Origin: Octopus bimaculoides
Lineage: Eukaryota
Direction of reading: 5' to 3'
Assembly (NCBI RefSeq): GCF_001194135.2
Contig: NC_069005.1
Location: 31,627,754-31,691,753 of the forward strand
DNA: 64,000 nt
Under the pieces are notes generated by a model. It had not been told where the DNA came from, made no database searches, and saw only the letters and a list, made by a program, of their open reading frames with translations. The stretch's first letter is position 1, and each line of letters begins with the position of its first letter. The translations under genes were made by a program, and so were the position numbers. Of the stretch, positions 10,893-23,740 are shown piece after piece.

Positions 10893-12008
10893 GTTGCTAT
10901 GGTATGAAATGGCATATGATATTAGGTCATCTCCCAGACCAGACACCTTATTCAAACAATTGCAAGAGTCAGGACCCAAGGGACAAATAATGATATTAAA
11001 CTGGGCAACAGATTAGTTCTGTCATCCAGCAGGCTTCCACACAGTTTCCATCTCCCAAATTTTATTCCTAAAGCTTAGGTAAGGCATGGGTAACCTTCTT
11101 CAAGAAGCAGTCCCCTTAAGACACGGCTCAATCAAGTGGGCTGTCGTACTGAAATAAATGAAGGCTATTTTCATCAGGCACAGCTTTCAGAATGTCCCAC
11201 AGGCTGCAGTTTGCCCAGGACTAGTTCCGGGTCAATGTGAGGTTGGGGTTGAAGTCTGTTGTCCCAGTTTAGTTGAGAGAAATTTGGCTGGTATTTTTAG
11301 CCAGTGGATCAACGACATAGACATAGAGGCAGTCTAGTTGGCTCCCCCCACCAATTTTTTTCTTCTTTTTAATTTTATGGAAGCAAAGATTTACCCCTCT
11401 CTCTTCTTCTTCCTCTTCTCCATTTCTTTACATATTTTATATTTTGAACTATTTTTTTTTTTTGTTATTGTTGTTTCCTGTTTGAAATACTTTTTTTTTT
11501 CTGTTTTTCTTTTTCTCTTTCAGAAGAAAGGAGCCTCAGTTTCTCTGGCTTATTTCTTGAATTAATAAAAGAAGAATGTGAAGAATTACAAAAACAACAA
11601 ACACCACCACCACCAACAACAACAACAACAACTACTACTACTACTACTACATATAGAACAACAACAACATTGTAATCATTATCATCATCAGTATTTTTTC
11701 TCTTCCCATTACTTTCCAAATTTTCAGAATTGAATAAATTTCTTTTATTTTAAATCAGCCCTTACTCCTACCCTTAAATATGGCCTCAACCTAATTTAAT
11801 TTGGGAGTAAAAGGATTACATTTTGGGGTAGACTTTCCGTCATCAGCCATCAGCATTGTTGTCATCAATCTCACTCTAGAACTTTCTACTTCAAAAGTCT
11901 TTCCCATTCGTTTTGCTCATTTGTTCCTGCTTTCACTAATCTCTTTGCTACTACTACTACTACTACTACTGCACATTTTTCTTTTTTTCCTCAATTAATT
12001 CAGTCCAT

Positions 12009-12045
<37 letters not shown>

Positions 12046-12565
12046 NNNNNNNNNNNNNNNNNNNNNNNNNNNNNNNNNNNNNNNNNNNNNNNNNNNNNNN
12101 NNNNNNNNNNNNNNNNNNNNNNNNNNNNNNNNNNNNNNNNNNNNNNNNNNNNNNNNNNNNNNNNNNNNNNNNNNNNNNNNATAAAGAAATGAATGAGACA
12201 ATGGATAGTAACATTCTTTATTTCATACCTTTACTAATGCTTCCACACGTCGTTACACCCGTAGTACTTTGGTGAGATGATATAATTAGCATATTGTGCA
12301 ATTACTGCCATCCATCACCAATGTACTATGGGTGTAACGATGTGTGGAAATAATTGTAACGATGTGAAATGAAGAATGTCGTGCAATCATTTTCTCTTAT
12401 TCATCTGTTTATATAAACTTTACACATACTATGGAATTCCAGATATATATCCAGTGACAGGAGTATTCCTACTGAATGATGACATTTGATAGCCAATAAC
12501 TGTGGAAGAGCTTTGTATAGCATAGTACAAGGTTTTTACCCAAATTTTATTCCACTATTCATATA

Positions 12566-12648
<83 letters not shown>

Positions 12649-14326
12649 TTAGTGTTGACTGTTGGAAGAAAGAGTACTTTATGCCATAGTAGAGTTTAAT
12701 ATTTTATTTTGGTTTGAGTCTGTTGCTTCTCTGAGTATCGCCTGTAGGTGGACAGGGTTTTAGGCGAGTTGTCATAACTTGCTTGGATACCCTGTGCACC
12801 CTCAAGCGAAATTCAGAGAAGCAGGAGATTGACTCCACCAAACTAACTAAATAAATATACACTCAAGCATAAGCATGCACTCATACACACACACATACAG
12901 ACACTGTCTTGGTTTGTTTTGAAGTATTTCATGTTTTCGTTTTGTTTTCTTTCTTCTGTTGATTTTTTTTCATTTACATTTCTGATTAATTTATTCAAAA
13001 ACTATATTTGTTGAGATTATTTTTTTAAATCTTTGAAATTCAGTTACTCTCTCTCTCTCTCTCTCTCACATACACACACACATGCATGTGTGTATATACT
13101 CATATACATGTTTGTGTGTGTGTATATACATATATAACAAATATATACATGCATACATACATACATACATGCACGTATGTGAAACAACTAGCAGTTTTGT
13201 CATTGTCTTTATCTGTAGACCTGTAGGTTTACATCCAATTTCATCATTTCCATTTCCTACATTACATGAAGCAACAATAAGGTGAAATCCCCTCTCAAAT
13301 TATAATATTTTCCTTTTTATTTTTTTGATATTTCCTCCCTTTGTCCACAATCTCAATTCTAATTTAAAAAGAAAATATCAAATTTCATTTGGGAAAGAAA
13401 TAAATGAAATATAACACTAATAATAATAATAATAATAATAATGATAATAAAATCTGGTGTGTTCAGTGAATGTGATATACAATATAACTCCAAGGCATGT
13501 TTACCTTGTTGTTTTATATATAATAGACAAAATTTATCACACCAGATGAAGACCAGGATCAAATCCTGGTCCCTGCTTTTCATGTTTTTTTTTTTTTGTT
13601 TTTTTGCTACATTCTACCTCCCTGTCCTCATCCTTCTGTCCCCACTCCCCCAGTTTTTTTCTAGTTATTTTTATTGTCAGGCAACAATCTCCCCCCTCCC
13701 CACCTACCTCTCATCCACTCCCACTTTCTGCTGATTTTCAGTTACAAAATTTTGACATAATATATATATGTACATACATACATATATATATATACATATG
13801 TATATATATATATATACATACATATATATATACACATACATATATATGTATATATATATAGATATATACACATACATTTGCATTCCTACATAAATATATT
13901 TATACATTCATACGTATGTACATACATTCATATATATNNNNNNNNNNTACATACACTCAAAAATAAACCTGATGAACCAATAAATGAATAAATAACAACA
14001 ACAATTTAAAATATGAAGAGACAAAAATATCTATATATTTTTATTTGTTAAATTACTTGTTTAGCTATTTTTTTGCCTGACTAGCCCTGCATATAATTTG
14101 GAAATAAAATAATTTTAAAAAAATGAGAAAACTGTGAAACAATAAAAAACAACAAAAAGTGAAAATTTGAAAAAAAAAACAAAAAAAACACAAAAAAACA
14201 ATTGAAAAAAATTTGTCTATCTGTGTGTCTACTCAATGCTAATTTGAAGTTTTAAATAAAATTAGAATTAAATGTTAAATTTGTTTTGTTGCCTTTTGTT
14301 TATGTTATGACTAATAATATCAAGTG

Positions 14327-14530
14327 TCCAATAAAGAAGTGATGACTGACGCTGCAGTGAATAGGAAACTGCTTCATGAGACAAGGGCCAAGCAACCGAG
14401 ATTTCGGGGTCATGAGATGAGGAAAGAGGGCTTGGAGAATTTAGAAATGACCAGAAAGAATTGAAGGGAAAAGAAGCAGAGGAAAGAGAAGAAGGATATG
14501 GATGGCCAAGATTGATGAATTGGTTGGAAG
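14327..14530 (+). mobile_element. RTE-clade LINE ORF2 C-terminal remnant
   Basis: SNKEVMTDAAVNRKLLHETRAKQPRFRGHEMRKEGLENLEMT, a frameshift, then IEGKRSRGKRRRIW; typical RTE post-RT region (GH.MRKEGLE...IEGKR.RG). Confidence 0.8.
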
Positions 14531-15132
14531 AAAGTGACATTAAAAATCAGGAAGTGGAACTGTTACAAAATTCAAAGAACAAAGAATTGCAGCAGGATAT
14601 GTCTTCTTGTGTCCTACATTCTGCACATCTCACCTAAAGATTATTAACCTTAACATGTTGCCTGGTTTAAGACCACAACTTGGTACACTTTGAGGAAAGA
14701 ATTGACATAGTTCTGTTTAGCAGGTATGGTAAGAACAGCAACATCTAAAAAAAACACTAATTAACCTGAAATTTTGATAGGTTTTGATTAAGCTCTCTTT
14801 AAAACAGAAACTTTGTATCATAGAAGCAGGAATAGTCTCAGACAGGTTAATCAACTAAAAAGGTTAATCAACCATAAATCAATGGTTGTCGACCATTTTG
14901 TCTTCATGGTGCACTGAATATCAGATAAAATATCATTGGTGCATTCCTCACGGAAAATAAAGAAAAAAATATAGAAATTTTTTAATTTTTAAAAAATTTG
15001 TAGAAAACTGTTATCTTGATTTATTAAACACACTTTTATATAATGACATCATGAATAACATTTTTCAATCATTTAAGCATTGGGATATTCTATATCTTAA
15101 AATACATTTTTTGAAAATCTATGGTGCACCAT

Positions 15133-15930
15133 TTAACCTATTTGTTACCATATGTTAAAATCCACTGCTTTTGTTTCAATTAATTTTGAAAATATCAAAG
15201 AATTTAGTAAAATAATTTTGTCATTACTAAGCTGGTTTTTGAAACAAAAAGTAACATGAAATTTTTTAATGGAAGATTTTAATTTAGATTACTTTTAAAA
15301 CAAGAAATTTGTATCACAGACTTATGGGCAGTCTCAGGCAGATTGGTGTCAAAAGAGTTAATCCTTTTGTTACTATATTCCTGTTGAAATACATGACTTT
15401 TTGTTTCAATTTTGGAAATAATGAATAATTTAGTAAAACAGCTGGGGTTTGGAACAAAAATTAGCATGAAATTTTGATTGAAGGTTTTATTTAAAACAGT
15501 AAGTTTGTATCACAGAACAAGTAGAGTCTCTGGTGGGTTGGTGTCAAAAGGGTTAATACTATTGACACCATATTCCTGTTGAAATACATGTGTAGGGCAC
15601 TGCTCATGGGCTGATAACAGATGAGCTGTAGATAAGAACTTCACTGTGGGCTACATAGTGAGCTGGTCTGCAGAGAAGGGACTTCTGGTTTAGCAGGAAA
15701 GGTGTCTGGGGATTTAGATGGCCAATCATATTCGCCCACAAAGTATGCAGCTGATTGAAGCGAAATAAACAATGCACCTACACACCAAAGCTATATATGG
15801 CTTTCTGTCTCAGTTTGAAAATAATGAAGAATTTAGCAAAAATAGCTAGTGTTTGGAACAAAATTTAATATGAAATTTTGATGGAAGGTTTTAATTTAAG
15901 TAATTTTAAAATAGTGAGTTTGTGTCATAG
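15133..15930. mobile_element. Head-to-tail chain of TTAA-flanked MITEs
   Basis: Copies joined at TTAA 15133-36, 15358-61 and 15553-56; the third copy is interrupted by an insertion of about 200 bp. Confidence 0.75.
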
Positions 15931-16614
15931 AACCAAGGTGTGTGTCAGTTTGTCAACAAGTAAAAACCATTGCCAGATATAGGACATCCGATATGCTTGT
16001 GTACATAAAGTTGAGATAAGAAATGTATTCGTTTCAAATTCCAAATTGACTAGAATTTAATATACATTATGTTTACAATAAGTTTCAGTCAAATCACAAA
16101 CACATACACACACACAAACATATATATGTATGCATTTATGTCAGCTAAACAAGTTAGATAAAATGTTTACTTGTGCTATTTAAAATAGGCCAGCTTTTTT
16201 AACAATCTTACGATAGATCTATGTTGTTTAGCCCTAGGCCAACTCTGATCATCGAAGTATTTCATCCATGACGAACACATTTTGTTTTCAAATAATGTAT
16301 CCAGGGCAGCATTATTCAATGTGACTTTCCTGTTTTTAAGGTGGTAAGTTTTGGTTTGAAGGAGAAATTTGGCTGGTATTTCTAGCAGGGCCAGTGACCA
16401 CATAGTTCATTCATTCTGACTAAAGAATGAATGACTGATCTATTGATTAACAAGCTATAGTAGAAGACACTTGCCCAAGGTGCCACGCAGTTGGACTGAA
16501 CCTGGAACCATGTGGTTGATAAGCAAGCTACTTACCACACAGCCACGCTTTTTTTTTTCTTTTTTCTTAGTTGTAACACATATGAGCACAGTATAGAACA
16601 ATTTCTCCCATACA

Positions 16615-16691
16615 CAGGGTGCAGCAGAAAATTTGCCCCGATTTCAAATTATTAACCTTTGAAATCAGGGCAACCTTTCTTCCGCACCCTG
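16615..16691. mobile_element. Palindromic Tc1/mariner-type MITE remnant
   Basis: ~34-bp inverted arms with CAGGGTG...CACCCTG termini followed by TA. Confidence 0.65.
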
Positions 16692-17069
16692 TATACAGTG
16701 TAATATATATACACAAATGCCTCCTTTATNNNNNNNNNNNNNNNNNNNNNNNNNNNNNNNNNNNNNNNNNNNNNNNNNNNNNNNNNNNNNNNNNNNNNNN
16801 NNNNNNNNNNNNNNNNNNNNNNNNNNNNNNNNNNNNNNNNNNNNNNNNNNNNNNNNNNNNNNNNNNNNNNNNNNNNNNNNNNNNNNNNNNNNNNNNNNNN
16901 NNNNNNNNNNNNNNNNNNNNNNNNNNNNNNNNNNNNNNNNNNNNNNNNNNNNNNNNNNNNNNNNNNNNNNNNNNNNNNNNNNNNNNNNNNNNNNNNNNNN
17001 NNNNNNNNNNNNNNNNNNNNNNNNNNNNNNNNNNNNNNNNNNNNNNGCTCTCCAGGCTTTGTGCCTATA

Positions 17070-17450
17070 GTAGGAAAGAGTCGCTGTGTGGTAAGAAGTT
17101 TGCTTCCCAACCGCGTGGTTCCAGGTTCAGTCTCACTATGTGGCACCTTGGGCAAGTGACTTAAGCCTAGGGCTGACCAAAGCCTTGTGAGTGGATTGGG
17201 TAGGCAGAAACTATATGAAGCCCGTCGTATATGTGTGAGTGTGAGTGTCTATGTATCTTTGTTCACCCCACACACACACACACCAACCGGTGTTGGTGTG
17301 TTTACGTCCTCGTAACTTAGTGGTTCGGCAATAGATACCGATAGAATAAGTACCAAGCTTTAAAAAAAAGGGGTCGACTCGTTAAACTAAGAATCCAAGG
17401 CGGTACCCCCAGCATGGCTGCAGTATAATGCCTGAAACATGTAAAAGAGA
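17070..17450 (+). mobile_element. Near full-length tRNA-derived SINE with CORE-like ggcaccttgggcaagtg segment
   Basis: tRNA-like head, CORE-like block and tail ccagcatggc.gcagt..aatg.ctgaaac; other copies at about 30240, 35165, 48000, 49765 and 54400. Confidence 0.8.
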
Positions 17451-17642
17451 AACACATATACGCGCGCGCGCGCACATACATACATACACTTACATATACA
17501 CACAGACAAGCACAAACACACACACACACGCACACAAACGCGCACACGTACCTCTGGTAACGTTTACACAAAGAGCCATTGAGGTCATCAATTACGTGTG
17601 TGAGGACCATGAAGGGCCGCTTGTGTCGTTCAGTAATCAATT

Positions 17643-18161
17643 ATGGCGGAAAGGCGCCGGGCAGCACCTGTCTCAGACAACGAAGTATCACCGGAGAGTC
17701 TTCGCACTTACAAATCCAAAAGACATGCTAATACCAAAGAGAAAAGCTTCTTCGATACCCACTTGAAAAGGAAATTCTTATTAGGGGTCCTCATCGTTTC
17801 TCTGTTGTTGTTTTTCTGTTTCGTATTATGGAATACCTTTTTTTCAGACTTAGATCAGGACTCGGACGGCGTAAAACGTTCGTCCAGCTCCCATTCTCAA
17901 CCTCTTAATTACAGGACTGGTTCCGGTAATTTAAAAGGGTTTCGGGATATTAAAGACCAGATCAACATCGTACTCACTTTCACAAATATCGAAAAAAACC
18001 CGCGCTTGAGAGAAAAGTTGAAGATATGCGTGAATTCAATTTTGAAACACACTTCAAGTAAATTGGTTATTTTTCTCATCGGCGATCGTTTCAGCCAAAT
18101 TGTGGCAGGAGAAATCATCGATGGTGCTGCTCTTGCTGTCAATTCCAGGATCAGGTATCAA
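17643..18161 (+). CDS. XXYLT1: Xyloside xylosyltransferase 1, exon 1 (173 codons; type II membrane anchor)
   Basis: ATG in attATGG context; hydrophobic anchor FLLGVLIVSLLLFFCFVLW; GT8 N-terminal strand INIVLTFTN...CVNSILKHTS; phase-0 donor CAA|gtaagt. Confidence 0.88.
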
Positions 18162-19757
18162 GTAAGTAAAACAAGTTTCCTTTCCTTTCCTTTTTAAGGG
18201 GAGATAGTTACAAACATAAAGCTTTATGTAAAGGTATGTCTACACTTTAGGGCTCCATGCCGTCGACTTTAATTTTTTTATTATTCTTTTGAAAATGTAT
18301 GTTTTTAAATCAAATTTTACACAGATGCACTTTCGAATGTGTAGATTATGCTTATTTCGATATCATTTTAAAATGATTTATCTTTCAGGAGTTTCGAATT
18401 ATTCTTTACTCCCAAATGACTTTGCTCCAGATAATTTCCGTTACTTGCGCATTAAAATTTTTGTTTTCAAATTTATATATTTGAAATATTAACATTACAT
18501 TATATGCACTTTCGAAAAAATATTTTTCCAAAATATCATTTAAAAATATGCTTTCCAAATTATTCTCTCCTCTCTCGCCTGTGTTTTGAAGAAATTCAGT
18601 CGAGGAGAGAATGATCCGAATTTCCTCTCTATTTTTTAATTTTTTAGTGTTATCATAAAAAAAAAAATAATATTCTACACTGTCGATAAGATATCTACAG
18701 AATTTTGTTAAAATATATATACATTTTCCCCCTGAAAGTTATGAGGAAGCGAGTTCTTGGGATACCAAACTATAGTTATGCACACAATTTTACAACCTTT
18801 AATGCAGAGAGGTTGGATATCGTAATATCTTTAGAGTCTACCCACAAAATTCCGTAGGAAAGGAGGAAAAAAAAAATTTTCTATTCACCGATATTGTTTC
18901 GAACCTAGAATTATTCCAATAAAGAATAAAAGAGATCGGATTAAAATTTAGGAGAATGGAATATTTTCCTAGAGGTGAGTTTATAAACAAGTGACAATTA
19001 CTGGAGTACGTAGACGCCCTGGGAAGCAGATGAATTAACAAAACAAGGAACACAAGAATTTAATAGAAAGCGATTACGTTCCAAATCTTTCACAAATCAA
19101 AGAATTCTTCAAAAGGATGGGGAAATATTGGGAAGAATCAATAGATAAACAATCGAATTTTAATCCCCCGTCAATGTATAAAATGTATCATACACTGAGA
19201 AAAATTAATAAACACAAATTTCGTAAGCTTTGAACAGAGTCGTGTTTCTTAAAGCTATCACAAACAGGTCACAATGGAATCAGTCACTTTTATATTCTCG
19301 TGGGAAATATTCAGAAAAAATGTTTGGCATTTATTGGTTCGAGTGTAAAATGTACCAGTCTTAGAAAGAGAGGGGATATTTTAAAAAATGCTCTTAAAAA
19401 GCCCACCAAAGCTAGAAGTACGATTCCTTTTCAAAGATCCACCAACCAGTTTATATAGGCTACAATAAGATTTAACAACAGAAACATATAATTGTTGTTT
19501 AGTTCGGTAAAAGAGACCTATCGAACAAGTATCAAACTTGAAATATATATTGAAGGCAGTTTGTTTGACTAAACCATATCAAGGTAGTGCCCCAGCATGA
19601 CCGTAGTCCAATGATTGAAACAAAAGATAAAACAACTGTTCTACCTTTGATCTTATTTATTATTTTTTTTTTTTTTATAGTTCTTTTAAATAAGGGTTCT
19701 AATATATCTTCCACGGTTTGTTATGTCCTACCTACACAAACGTATCCCCTGCACGAA

Positions 19758-20049
19758 TTTGTTTCCTCATAACTTTCAGAAAAATGGCAATTTTTTTTTA
19801 ATGAAATATTCTATAATAAGCTTCAGATGGTGTAGATTCCTATTATATTCGGAATTAATGGGGGGGGGATTCCGAAAGTGGGGAAGAGAAGTTTCGGAAA
19901 ATTCACGTAAGTCGACTTCGTTTCCTCGTAATTTTTGAAAAAATTATATTTTTAATGAAATTCTCCACAAATACTTTTTAGATGGTGTTGAGTAAATTTT
20001 ATCGGAATTTGATGGGGAAAAAACTTTTAAAAGTTATGAGGAAACAAAA
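19758..20049. mobile_element. MITE-like element with ~20-bp terminal inverted repeats in the XXYLT1 intron
   Basis: tttgtttcctcataacttt ... aaagttatgaggaaacaaa, with an internal diverged direct repeat. Confidence 0.65.
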
Positions 20050-21009
20050 TCGATGGGGTAGGGCACACTTGTGTAAGTATACCATCAGCTTTAGCAGCAG
20101 ATATTTAAATAAATAAAGCTGTTTGCTTGGCTTATGCAAGGTGGTCGAATAGTCACGAAATGTGTTAATAGTTCGTTTATGTTACGTTTTGAATTTACAA
20201 CACATTACCATCATATACAGTAGGTAGATAGATAGAAAGGAAATATATGTAGGTTAGGTGTGAAAAATCACATCTTGTAATTTACGAAATAAAAAAGAAA
20301 TAATAATAGTAATAAAACACATTTATTTAAATTTCAGATCCCTTTGTGAGTTAATCCACCTTGTATACTAGAATCGAGCAAATATGTCCTGTACTTAACA
20401 GTACAGCGATGTTTCGAGGTAGAAGACCCGTGTCACATGAGGAAGAAAAAGGTTACGGAAGAAGGGAAAAAGCAAAATGCTAAAAATATAAAATAATAAT
20501 AATAACAATCAAAATTTTGGGGGAAAATATTTCTTTTTTCCCCACTAAAATCGTAATTTCTGTTGTATGAAAGTCAGCAATACTACTTGTAAAAACAAAA
20601 AGGATAGAAAAAAAAACTACCCTTTTCTTTTCCCATGTGGCATGGGACTTATTAATCCGAAACTCCGGTTAAAGAACCTACAATGTTCTCAGTCCAAGTA
20701 GTGTGGAGCACCTTGCTGAAGGATGCAATGTACAACTAAGAATCGAGAGAGGGGGAGGGAGTACACATATAGCAGTACGTAAAGGGAGATAACTAAACAT
20801 TCAATATACCAGACTAATAAGTCAACGACGAAGCACGTATGTGGTCTCACGATCTGCTAGTAATAGCAGCCAGATCTCTTCAAATCATACCCTACTTAAA
20901 AAGAAATCGTTATTATTATCAGTTAAATTAATTTCTCTGTTTCTTTTAAATGTTAATCCTCTGATTTTTTTTTTGTTCAATTTTTTTTTTTTTTTTTCAT
21001 ATTTTGCAG

Positions 21010-21684
21010 TTGATATCTGTCGATATTGAAAGTCTCACTCGGACGCTTAGTGGAATTTTGGGAAACATCCGATCTCATTTCATTTCTAAACCAGGTGATT
21101 ATTACAGCGATGATCTTTTTTTCGTCTCAATGGCCATGCATCAAGTGATGCCCACTCTACTACACAAGGTAATTATGATGGACATTGACACCAAACTACA
21201 GGCGGATGTGGCCCAACTCTTTGGACACTTTGACCACTTCGCCAAGGACAATGTCATTGGGATTGCTCACGAACTCCAACCAGTCTATCGGCATATTCTT
21301 CACCATTATCGGAATGAAAATCCGGCCACCCATGTCGGTGAACCACTCCCTGATGGCTTCCCAGGGTTCAACAGCGGGGTCATGTTGCTTGACCTCGATC
21401 GTTTACGAGAATCCACGCTCTACAACTCGCTGCTTCAGCCGGAGGTCATTAAGAATTTGACAGAAAAATACAAGTTCAAAGGACATCTTGGCGACCAAGA
21501 TTTTTACACGCTGGTTGCGTTAGAGCATCCGCAGCTGTTCTATGTGCTTCCTTGCACTTGGAATCGGCAGCTTTGTCAGTGGTGGCGAGACAAAGGCTAC
21601 GAAAGTATTTTCGATAACTATTATCGTTGTGAGGGCCACATCAATCTTTATCATGGCAACTGTGATACAGTAATTCCAGAGTAA
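21010..21684 (+). CDS. XXYLT1: Xyloside xylosyltransferase 1, exon 2 (GT8 catalytic domain to stop)
   Basis: Long T-tract acceptor ttttgcag; DxD motif (MDID), GFNSGVMLLDL, HLGDQDFYT, LPCTWNRQLCQWW and HGNC are characteristic of XXYLT1; total 397 aa. Confidence 0.93.
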   Translation: MISVDIESLTRTLSGILGNIRSHFISKPGDYYSDDLFFVSMAMHQVMPTLLHKVIMMDIDTKLQADVAQLFGHFDHFAKDNVIGIAHELQPVYRHILHHYRNENPATHVGEPLPDGFPGFNSGVMLLDLDRLRESTLYNSLLQPEVIKNLTEKYKFKGHLGDQDFYTLVALEHPQLFYVLPCTWNRQLCQWWRDKGYESIFDNYYRCEGHINLYHGNCDTVIPE

Positions 21685-22229
21685 GACCAGAGCNNNNNNN
21701 NNNNNNNNNNNNNNNNNNNNNNNNNNNNNNNNNNNNNNNNNNNNNNNNNNNNNNNNNNNNNNNNNNNNNNNNNNNNNNNNNNNNNNNNNNNNNNNNNNNN
21801 NNNNNNNNNNNNNNNNNNNNNNNNNNNNNNNNNNNNNNNNNNNNNNNNNNNNNNNNNNNNNNNNNNNNNNNNNNNNNNNNNNNNNNNNNNNNNNNNNNNN
21901 NNNNNNNNNNNNNNNNNNNNNNNNNNNNNNNNNNNNNNNNNNNNNNNNNNNNNNNNNNNNNNNNNNNNNNNNNNNNNNNNNNNNNNNNNNNNNNNNNNNN
22001 NNNNNNNNNNNNNNNNNNNNNNNNNNNNNNNNNNNNNNNNNNNNNNNNNNNNNNNNNNNNNNNNNNNNNNNNNNNNNNNNNNNNNNNNNNNNNNNNNNNN
22101 NNNNNNNNNNNNNNNNNNNNNNNNNNNNNNNNNNNNNNNNNNNNNNNNNNNNNNNNNNNNNNNNNNNNNNNNNNNNNNNNNNNNNNNNNNNNNNNNNNNN
22201 NNNNNNNNNNNNNNNNNNNNNNNNNNNNN

Positions 22230-22286
<57 letters not shown>

Positions 22287-23154
22287 TGGAGGGGTTGGTG
22301 TTAGGAAGGGCATCCAGCTATAAGATCCCTGCCAAAACAGACACAATAGCCTAGGGTAGTTTTTCTACCTGGACCAGGTCCTGTAAACTGTCCTACCCAT
22401 GCATGCATGGAAGATAGATGTTAAACGATGATTTTATCATCATCATCATCATCATCATCATCATCGTGTAACGTCCGCCTTCCATGCTAGCATGGGTTGG
22501 ACGATTTGACTGAGGACTGGTGAAACCGGATGGCAACACCAGGCTCCAATCTAATTTGGCAGAGTTTCTACAGCTGGATGCCCTTCCTNNNNNNNNNNNN
22601 NNNNNNNNNNNNNNNNNNNNNNNNNNNNNNNNNNNNNNNNNNNNNNNNNNNNNNNNNNNNNNNNNNNNNNNNNNNNNNNNNNNNNNNNNNNNNNNNNNNN
22701 NNNNNNNNNNNNNNNNNNNNNNNNNNNNNNNNNNNNNNNNNNNNNNNNNNNNNNNNNNNNNNNNNNNNNNNNNNNNNNNNNNNNNNNNNNNNNNNNNNNN
22801 NNNNNNNNNNNNNNNNNNNNNNNNNNNNNNNNNNNNNNNNNNNNNNNNNNNNNNNNNNNNNNNNNNNNNNNNNNNNNNNNNNNNNNNNNNNNNTATATAT
22901 ATATGTTTTCACACACACAACACACACATATATATTTCAAATGCAGTATCACCATTAAAACAACAGAAAAATTGGGTATCATTACTCTTACAAGGCGGAA
23001 AAAAGTTGTCAGCTTCGTCTTGTAAGAGTAATTTTTCTGCTGTTTTAACAGCAATACTGCATTCGAAATATCACTTTCTTGTCTGTATCGTATGATACAC
23101 ATGTGACGCTTCTAAAAAACAAATGTAAGTTTGCTTATATACTCACAAGGTTAG

Positions 23155-23206
<52 letters not shown>

Positions 23207-23708
23207 TATACTCACATTATTGTTATAAAATGACTCAGGAAGGATGAAAGGTAGGGTTGACTTTGGCACGATTTGAACTCAGAACACAAAGGGCCATAAA
23301 TGTTCTCCTGACTCTGCCAGTCTATCACCCAGAAGGTTTACCTGATGTCATTGCGATACTCAGGTGGCATCTGAAACAGGGTTCACTTCATCTGCTGACA
23401 CTAGTAAATACCAGTGATATCCTAAGTTGGATTGGCAGAACCATTAAAGCATTGAACGGCATGCTTTGCAAAATTTAAATGTGGCTCTTTACATTCTGAG
23501 TTCAAATTCCACCTGGGTCAGCAACCAAATACTTGGGTTCATATGATTGACCAGACTCCTACACCAAGATTTATGACCCTGCGCTTATGTTAAAAATAAT
23601 ATACTAAAGTCAAAGGTCATGTATACAGGCTATATTTTTCTTACTCTCACAAAATTTGGATTTTATGCTAGACAAAAGAGTTCTACCTCTTCGCTTACAC
23701 TTTATATA

Positions 23709-23740
<32 letters not shown>

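Noticed and set aside
18162-18197. XXYLT1 ORF tail VSKTSFLSFPF*
   Set aside because: Intron read-through past a perfect gtaagt donor that is in phase with exon 2.
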